A stretch of DNA of 40,118 nt, from contig NW_024055709.1 in NCBI RefSeq assembly GCF_902713615.1, forward strand, positions 124,001-164,118, in the 5' to 3' direction. Shown in pieces: positions 31,575 to 40,118 of this stretch. The first letter of the stretch is position 1, and each line of letters starts with the position of its first letter. The notes under the pieces were generated by a model. It saw nothing but the letters and a program-made list of their open reading frames with translations. It was not told the DNA's origin and searched no databases. The position numbers and the translations under genes are program-made. This stretch comes from Scyliorhinus canicula (taxonomy: Eukaryota).

Positions 31575-31879
31575 GTCTCTTGCACAGTAATAGATGGCGG
31601 TGTCTTCGGTCTTCAGGCTCCTCATGGCCAAAGATAAGATGTTGTTTGAAGTGTCTTTGGACGCAGTGAATCGATCTTTAATGGCTGGGGCGTAGTTGTT
31701 GCTGGATGAACTATAGTAATATACCAACCACTCCAGCCCCTGTCCGGGAACCTGGCGGATCCAGTGCATGTAAGCGGTGCCGAGATCGAAGCCGCTGGTT
31801 TTACAGGTCAGTGTCAGGGAGCCTCCGGGACGCCCGGTCTCTGCCTCTGGCTGAGTCAACACAACATCCGACTGGACAC
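31575..31879 (-). CDS. IGHV: VH exon (R)[101 protein letters not shown]
   Basis: tttttacAG acceptor at 31880; conserved Cys, Trp (WIRQ) and DTAIYYC motifs; open frame (ORF 31485..31862); ends at an RSS heptamer. Confidence 0.98.
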
Positions 31880-32007
31880 CTGTAAAAATATATCAAAAAG
31901 CCCGAGGATTAATGCTGGTGAAATGATTGGTGACTCTGGAACATTCCAGAGAGAGACTAACACTGAGACAGTAACAGTGAGAGACTTGGACAATAAAAAC
32001 TACTCAC

Positions 32008-32053
32008 GGGATAAGAAAGTCAGCAACAAACTGAGAGAAATGGCCCACCTCAT
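32008..32053 (-). CDS. IGHV: VH leader exon (MRWAISLSLLLTFLS, phase-1 donor)
   Basis: ATG at 32053, 46-nt hydrophobic signal-peptide exon, followed by GTGAGT donor at 32007. Confidence 0.93.
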
Positions 32054-32143
32054 CCTTCTGGTCATTTGGGGGAAATGGTTGTGTCAGGAACTCAGTGAAC
32101 AAACCAGCTCCCGGACTGTTGGATTCGGGTCCCAGTGAGCGGC

Positions 32144-32152
32144 ATTTAAATA
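32144..32152 (-). promoter_or_regulatory. VH promoter TATA-like box (TATTTAAAT)
   Basis: About 90 nt upstream of the leader ATG in a GC-rich island, with a GGGGCGG GC-box next to it at ~32164-32170. Confidence 0.7.
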
Positions 32153-34409
32153 CCCGGCAGAAGGGGGCGGCTTTCCAGGCGCCGCCTGTTGATTCCCTGG
32201 TGGAGGCGGCGCCTGGATCCACGTCCCACCTTCCACACCCCCAACAGAATGGACTCAGATATTTACTATAGGTTATTATTAAAAAGTGACATTAGATCGG
32301 TATATTTGTTTGGCTGAATGGATTCATTGTAATGTCTATCCTCATCCGAATGGAAAATTACATTTGAGCATCTCTGAGTAAAATCTAATTCCATTATACA
32401 TTAAGTCTCTTTATTTCTGCACTCCAATATAAAGGGATGAATATAAACAGAATAAATTATATTTATCAGGGTATAAATCGTCTGTCTATCCAATTACAAC
32501 AGCAAAGTATAATTTCTCAGACGAAATGTAACTAAATGAGGGAATGAATGACGTGATTACATTTGCAGTGCGGATGGCCATCACTGTACAATGTGGGTCT
32601 GTCGACAAGAAGAAACTCCTCACATTATACAATGTCTCTCTTTACATTTCTCGATTTGCCCCTGAGCCTCAGACAGTCCTGTGAACATTAGCGGTAAAAG
32701 AAGCCGCTTGCCTGATAATTCAGCAGTGAGTTGACAGAGAAACATAAAATTCAGACCAGCTTTTGACAGAGAAGTTAATGAATCAGAACGGACGCGGCGA
32801 TCAGCAAAGTTATCCTTTAGCATCCAAATCGTTGCCGCTAATTTTACTGACCAGCGGCTGTCTAACATTCACTGGTGTTGGGAACACAGGATATCAGGAC
32901 TTTGCGGCATATTACACGATATCACAGGAATAAATGTTTTATTCTCCACGAAAGCAGGTCATGAACTGGTCATTTCTCCACTCATTGGCAGCAATGAGAG
33001 GGACTGTTAAACAATTGAAATCCAGACAAATTAAACTGTACATAACACGGTGTTAATCGGGTATAAGAGATCAAGGAGATCAAGAATTCGGAGAATATTC
33101 TAGGAATCCCCGCGAGTTTAAGGCAGTTTATTTACTTTAAATTCATTTTATTTTATTTTTTGTAATTGAAGTCATCTTATTGAACTTGTGGATTGGGTCC
33201 ATCAACACCACTCACTCTCACTTCATTAGGCTCTTAACAAACGGACTTTAATAACTAGAGGTACCTTTCCTCGGAACTAATATAAATTAAATAGCATCTG
33301 GTCAGTTAACTATTTTCCCATTGTGTTTAATCTCATAGTGAACAAAACATTCAGTGAATATATTTCTTTGCATGGATCACCATTTAAAACGTTTAGTTCA
33401 TGTGAGACTGAAACATTTATTGTTTGAATGGATAAATCCCATTTAATCCATTCATATTCAGGTTAATCTGCCCCACACAGTATTTGGCAGCAATCCAGCC
33501 GCCTGCAGTCAGGGAGGCTCGAATGTTCAATGTTGTTTACAGGAAGCATCTGGATTTGTTTTTCAGAGATCTGTTTGCTCAGTACTGACCGCTTGGCTGC
33601 AAGCCAACTTCAAATTCTTAACATTGTCAATGAGGACTATTTATAAACAAATCTACCCAGCAACAGTACTGGAGATCATTTTATGTTTTAAATTGCGAAT
33701 TTATTTGAACTGTTCCCATCTCTAAGGAAAGGAGAGTTATCCAGCTTTTCTAGCCTCTCTTAACAACACTAACCGGCTGGAGGATCTCTCCCACACCTCA
33801 TAACATTGTGATGATGGATAGAAATACAAGCAGACTATCAGACAGAGGGTACATTTTGTAATAGATAAACATGTGCATTGATGTGTTTTCCCTTTATTCT
33901 TCCGTGGAATGTGGGACTCACTGGCAAGACCGCCATGTGTTCCCTGTCCCTAATTGCTGTTGAACTGAGTGGGCCAGCTCAGAAGGAACTGAAGAGTCAG
34001 ACATGTTGCTGTCTGACTGGAGCCACATGTAGGTGAGACCAGGGAGGGATGTCAGATTTCCTTCATTGATGATGCAGAGGGGATTTCATGGTCACCATTA
34101 TTATGTATTCCAAATTTATTAATTGATATCAAATTCCACTACTGACCAGAGTGGGATTTGTACCTGAGTCCCCACAGGATTAGACTGGGCCTTTGGATTA
34201 CTGGCACAATAACATGAATGCTACACCACCACATGCCAAAAGATAAAGAGATGACTGCTTTCATGTAGGGATGGATGTTGGTTGGATGCCTGAATATTTT
34301 GAATGAGGAATCAGTGAATGTGGTTGATGGATGGATGGATAGATGGTCTGAAATATGTTGTTCCACATTCTCAATTTTGCGCTTGATAAATTAAAGCAGG
34401 TCCTTCATA

Positions 34410-34755
34410 ATTTGTGGATAGCACAATTGCTTCACAGCTCCAGGGTCCCAGGTTCGATTCCGGCTTGGGTCACTGTCTGCGTGGAGTCTGCACATCCTCC
34501 CCGTGTGTGTGTGGGTTTCCTCCGGGTGCTCCGGTTTCTTCCCACAGTCCAAAGATGTACAGGTTAGGTGGATTGGCCATGATAAATTGCTGTTAGTGTC
34601 CAAAATTGCCCTTAATGTTGGGTGGGGTTACTGGGTTATGGGGATAAGGTGGAGGTGTTGACTTTGGGTAGGGTGCTCTTTCCAAGAGCCGGTGCAGACT
34701 CGATGGGCCGAATGGCCTCCTTCTGCACTGTAAATTCTATGATACTCTATGAATA
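34410..34755 (+). mobile_element. HE1-like SINE
   Basis: GGTTCGATTCC B-box, conserved body, TGTAAATTCTATGAT tail. Confidence 0.9.
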
Positions 34756-35639
34756 TGATAATTAGTGCCAGACTAATATATTCGGTGGCTGAAGCTTTCT
34801 GGCTGAATTCCATCCCCAGACTATCGGGAACTGACGAGCTGGACTTCACTAAGAGGAAAGTAGAGATATTCCTGCGGTTCTAGCGATTCTTCTCTGCTGA
34901 TGACGAATCTTCATTTCAAAGGACAGAAAGCGGGAACATGATTACATTGAGGAGGGACGGTTGTAATATTGTGTGCATGTGGTCCTTTCATGTACAAAAG
35001 TCACTCCAGATGTCCCGACACAACTTAATGAAGACACCAGACTGAAAACAGAAATCCTGTGAAACTCAGTGGACAGATGCAGACGTTGAATTGCTTTCCA
35101 AAACAGTGTAATAACAAATCGGGATTTAAAGATTCATTAATGTCACATCAGGTACAGGTATTTTCATTTCTACCGACACTTTAAAAATCATCTCACCCTC
35201 CAGTCTGGCGATTCTGTGTGAGGATGAGGAGATTACTGACCAATACAGCGCAGAGGCTGCTGGGAGGCTGTACATTATCCTCGGTGTGGTTTAATTCCAT
35301 TTCACATTGAATTCTGATGCAGATGTTACTTGTTGGTGACAGAATGGTCAATGCTATCTCAATGAAGTTTAATCTTAATAAATAATGTTAAACATAGGAA
35401 TTAGGAGCAGAAGTCGGAGTTTCAGACATTCGAGCCTGCTCCGCCAGTTCAATCAGTCATGGCTGATCTCTTCCTGGTCTCAAATCCACCTCCCTTAAAT
35501 GAATTGCATTTACATTTTGTAAAACCAAATGCGGAAAATAATAGGTGAATGTAACTATTTATGTTGTGATTTGATCATAATTGATTAATATAAGTATTTA
35601 ACGTTGTGAGTTGTGATAATTGGTAACATTCGCCACGGA

Positions 35640-36480
35640 AGTGCTAAAGAATGACCATCTCCACCAAAATAGAATCTAACAATCTCTCCTTGACATTCAA
35701 TGATATTGTCATCGCTGAATCCCCCATTATCAATACCCTGGGGTTACCTTTGACCAGAAACTGTCCTGGACTGACTATATAAATGCTGAGGTGACATGAT
35801 CTGGTCAGGGTCGAGGAAATCTGTGGCGAGTAACTCACTCCTGACTCCCAAAGCCTGTTCACCATCTATAAGGCATAAGTCAGGAGTGTAATTGAATACT
35901 CTCAAGTTGCCTGGCTGGGTGCAGCTCCAACAACACTGAAGAAGCTTGACACCATCCAGGCCAAAGCAGCCCGGTTGATTGTCACCCTATGTGCAAACAC
36001 TCTTATGAGGGACATGGATAGAATGGATGGGCAGGAACGCATTTCCAGGGTGGAGAGGTCTGTCACCAGGGAGCATAGGTTTAAGGTCCATGGGGTATAG
36101 TTTAGAGGAGATGTGCGAGGCAAGGTTCCATCCACCACCGACGAACAATGACAATAATGTACCATCCACAAGATGCACCGCAGAAACGCATCAAATCTCA
36201 TTTGAAAAGCCTTCTCAACCGTGGTCCATTACCTTCTAGAAGGAAAAGGCAGCTGACACATGGGAAGGTCACCAGCTGGAAATTCCCCTCCAAATCACTC
36301 ACTATCCTGACTTGGAAATATATCGCAGAATCTTCGGTGTCGCTGGTTCAAACGGCTAGAACTCCCACCCGACCAGCACCGTCGGTGTACCTACACTAGA
36401 GTGACTGCAGAGGTTCAAATAGGTAGCACACCACCACTCTGTGAAAGACAATTAGCGATGGACAATAAATCATGGCCTGG
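35640..36480 (+). mobile_element. CR1/L2-superfamily LINE 3' fragment with a nested CR1 piece (~36000-36130)
   Basis: LGVTFDQKL and TIYKA.VRSVIEYS remnants. Confidence 0.75.
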
Positions 36481-37549
36481 CTAGCGACACCCGTACCATA
36501 TAACTTAATTTAAAACTGTACTAATTTTTGTGAAACGACGGTAATTGGTGAATTCAATTATTTATATTCATAATTGAATGAAGATTGATGAATACAATTA
36601 CTATGTTTCTGAACATTTCTGTCCTTCTCCTTCTCTGAAGGAAGATATAACCCATCCCACAGGAGATTCATGATGCAAAATCATAACCAATATCTGAAAA
36701 TAAAGTGGACAGAGGAAACTGCAGCAACTATTGACATATCTCACTCATAGCAGCACTGGGAAGGGCTTTGCTGGCTTCACACTTTGAACATTTCATCTGC
36801 TTGCAGGCCGAATGTAGCTGGAAGCACGGTGTGGTGTTTGTGTCGCAAGATTTACTCTGGGCGTGATCTGTTCCCTATACCACAAGTCTACCTCTTCAAC
36901 TTGCTTTCATCAACATCAATAAACATTCGACACCGTCAGCAGAGCAGAGACTATAGGTTTTGGGGATAATTGGCTGTCTGCTAAAGCTCCCCTGTCTCAT
37001 TCACTCCTTCCATGGCAAAATGCGCTGCATTGTACAGATTGACGATTCCACTTCCGACAGATTCTAAGTGAATAATTGAGTGAAAGAGGACCGTGTGATT
37101 GACCCAACTCTATTTGGGAGCTTTCTCTTCAAGCTGCTGATCTTTGCCTTCCCTGAAGATATGGATGAAATCCACTAGCACACTCGGTCAGGCTGCAACC
37201 CCTACAACCTTTCAGTCATCAAAACGGAGACAAAATCACAATGCATCCGCATCAGAGAATTCCTCCACGCTGAAAATTCGATCATCCAAACAAAACCTCA
37301 TCCACAGAGACTCATGGACTCTGTCCCCAATGCCTGTAACTTGATCTTCCTTGCCATAAGCATGAGGAAAACAGTGATCGTGGACAAGGTGTTGCACTTT
37401 CTGTCCTTGATGTAGAACATGATGCTGACATGGGGAAAGCAGGTACTACCTTTGTTTGACTCATTAAAATGTCCATGGAATAACATCAAGCTTTGGAATG
37501 AGCTAATGGTTTATAAGGCCTAAACTCTCAGAACCTTAGGCCAGCAAGT

Positions 37550-37880
37550 TAGAACAGTGGCAAGCACAGTTGCTCCATAGCTTCAGGGTCACCTGTTCAA
37601 TTTCTGCCTTGGGTCACTGTGCAGAGTCTGCAAATTCTCTCCGTGTCTGCATGGGTTCCTCCGGGCGCTCCGGTTTCCTCCCACAGTCCTAAGATGTCCA
37701 GGATAGGTGGATTGGCTATGCTAAATTACTATTAGCATCCATAAAAGGTCAGATGGTATTACAGAGATAGGGTGGAGATGTGGGGATAGGGTGGAAGTAC
37801 GGGTTAGGTAGGATGCTGTCTCCAAGGGACTTGATGGGCCGAATAGCCTCCTTCTGCACTGTAAATTCTATGATTCTATG
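37550..37880 (+). mobile_element. HE1-like SINE (diverged)
   Basis: Same body and tail as 34410-34755. Confidence 0.85.
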
Positions 37881-39189
37881 AACCTTGTTGTATGTCTGTG
37901 AAACAAAGAACACTTGCAGCTGTCAAGAAAAATAGCTCAAAAAATGTCATCTTTGTTGTCCGCAGTGCATTATGGATATTTACTGGCAGGACAAAATCAG
38001 AAATGCAGCAGTTCTCTCAAAGACAGAGCTTCCAAGTCCCTTCAAAACAATCAAAAAGAGGTGGTTTGCACGGTTCTAGTGTGGTCTCCAAATAGAAGAT
38101 GGTCACATGACCAAGGAATTTCCACTTCGCGAAGCAGCCGGAGCCACGCATCCAGTGGGGTGCCAGATATTCCATTTGAAGGTTTCTTCTAAGTGTGACA
38201 TAATGTCCCTAAACCTAAATATTGAGCATCGCAATTAGGTGTCACCAGCAGCAAACGGAAAAAATGGCGGCACTTCCGGTGGGCTGGTGTGAGCCACCAG
38301 GACCAGTGGATTTAGCAGCTTTGACATTGACATAAATCGAGAATATGAAAACCCAGAACGACAATTGGGAGCTTCATGTGCAACACTTGTCTCGAAATCA
38401 GTGGATATTTGTTGGGTATCTATTGGAAATTGAAGGATGCCTGTGACCTGAGTGACATTCAGTTGCACACAGCATGGGTGCTTTCGCACACACAGCGAAA
38501 CACAGATACACAGTCTCTCACACATGCATTCTCTCTGTCTTACACGCACACCCACAATTTCCCATTCAACTTAAGATCCCATCTTAACTTCCTTGGAGGC
38601 TTTGGAGACAATGACCCCAACCGTCTTTCAGCTGGTATAATGTAACCAACGAATTCGCCCCAACATCATGTACGTTAAGTTGAATGTTAAATTTCCTATG
38701 GACTCCATACAGGGCCCAGGAAACACTCCTCCATTTAACAAACATGAACAAAAACGTGCGACCAGAGATTGAGCCGCTTTGCTCTGGTGCTGACCTCACT
38801 GCGCAAGAATTAGCCACCAACACCTGCAATGAGTTAAACCTTAGATTATAGCAGCTCCGCAGAAGGCGATGTGATATTACATTTGTGGAAATGAATTATT
38901 GACCCATCAACATCATGGATCAAACCCGACAACGACATTTTCACATTAACTGCAATTGCAAAGTCTGGCCAGCAGATGGAATTTAAATCGAGATGCTTTA
39001 CATTACATGAAGCAGACATTGCCTCAATAATTACTGCACTAATCCCTGTCTCTGTTAATTTTAAATTGGACTCCATCTGTATTTTTGTTAGACTAGACCC
39101 TGTCTTTGTTTATAATACAGGACACTCTGTTTCTATTAGTACTGCACCGGTACATGTCAATGTTTATATCACACAATCACTGTGATCCT

Positions 39190-40118
39190 ATTTTTAATGC
39201 AGTTCACCAACATCCAGTCCTGAATAGTAATGCACAATTAAACAAATAGCCGGAGCAGGAGCCTCAATAAAATTCCCCTCTTCAATGATGATGGAGCCCA
39301 GCACGTCAGTGCAAAAAACAAGACTGAAAGTTCCTGCCAGAGGTGCCGAGAGGATGATCCATCTCGGCCTCCTCCGGTGGTCTGCATCATCATGGATGTC
39401 AGTCTTCAGGAAATTAGATCCCTCCACATGATATCAAGAAATGGCTGAAAGCGCTGCAAACGTTATTAGACCTGGCAACGTTATATCAACAATTCTGATG
39501 ATTTGTGTTCCAGAACTGGCTGGGCCTCAGGCAACTTGCTCCAATGCAGATACAGCACTGGCTTCTACCCAACAATGTGTAACATTGCCAAACATGACCC
39601 TTTCACAAAACGCAGGATAAATCCAACCCAGCCAATTATTTCCCGATCAGTCCGCCTTTGATCCATCAGGAACTTTATAAAAAGTGTCAAGGATCATCCA
39701 GTAGCATATAGTGTCCTCGGATAGTGTCCCCAGTCCAAGCTTCACCCTTCATCATAAGGTCAGAAGTGAGGATGTTCGCTGATGATTACCCAACGTTCTG
39801 CACCATATTCGGCTCCGCAAATACTGAAGTAGTTTGTCTTCAAATGCAGCAAGCCTTGGACAACATTCCGGCTTGGGCTGGCAAGTGTCAGGCAATCACC
39901 ATCCCAAAAATCTCTTCTAGATTTGAAATTATACCACCGTGATTGAACCCCCCACCATCAATATCCTAGGGATTATAATTTCTCAAAAACTGAACATTTA
40001 AAAAATATGGCTACAAGAGCAGGTCAGTGGCTGGAAATTCTGCAGTGAGTAACTCACCTCGCGACTTCCCAACCCCCATCCATCATCTATACGGCAGAAG
40101 TCAGGTATTTGACTGAAT
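39190..40118 (+). mobile_element. Decayed CR1/L2-superfamily LINE RT fragment (runs off the window)
   Basis: SEVRMFADD RT motif at ~39760; ILGIII.QKLN remnant like 35640-36480. Confidence 0.7.

Larger units (their letters stand above)
10323..32053 (-). other. IGHM: Complete germline (unjoined) shark IgM heavy-chain minicluster: L-VH-D1-D2-JH-Cmu1-4(sec)-TM1-TM2
   Basis: All segments found in order on the minus strand with GT-AG splice sites, continuous reading frame and RSSs; one V, two D, one J and four C domains is the established elasmobranch IgM cluster layout. Confidence 0.97.

Noticed and set aside
14223-31879. Alternative identity as IgW or IgNAR
   Set aside because: Exactly four C domains with a CH1, a mu-type tailpiece, two D segments and a conventional VH with CDR2 and WGQG J; IgNAR lacks these features and long IgW has more C domains
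1256-37880. tRNA-like A/B boxes at several positions
   Set aside because: They are heads of HE1-like SINEs followed by SINE body and LINE-derived tails, not tRNA genes
36500-39190. Scattered short ORFs and possible further LINE debris
   Set aside because: No motif I could assign with confidence; needs a repeat-library search

Overview
Cartilaginous-fish (shark; the SINE tails look catshark-like, but the species is uncertain) genomic DNA containing one complete, unrearranged immunoglobulin mu heavy-chain (IgM) minicluster on the minus strand. Its order is promoter, leader (32053-32008), VH (31879-31575), D1, D2, JH (30344-30297), a ~12 kb J-C intron, Cmu1-Cmu4 with secretory tailpiece, TM1 and TM2 (stop at 10323). 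All exons are in frame, have GT-AG boundaries and show a 12/23-compatible RSS arrangement. Downstream lies a young, full-length Penelope-like retroelement (RT + GIY-YIG, ATG 5610, stop 8327) with pseudo-LTRs, a 990-bp inverted arm, a 13-bp TSD, hammerhead ribozyme motifs and an RT YxDD motif mutated to YIND. Three short derivatives of the same family, each with a TSD, sit in the J-C intron. The rest is HE1-like SINEs, CR1/L2/L1 LINE debris and tandem repeats. The most striking unexplained structure is in the J-C intron: a ~3 kb 39-bp tandem array, G-rich on the sense strand with GAGCTGGGG in many units, about 1 kb upstream of Cmu1. It resembles a tetrapod switch-mu region in a lineage thought to lack one, and it sits back-to-back with an oppositely skewed G-rich array. 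All coordinates were counted by hand. Exon, RSS and TSD coordinates were indexed base by base; repeat boundaries are approximate.
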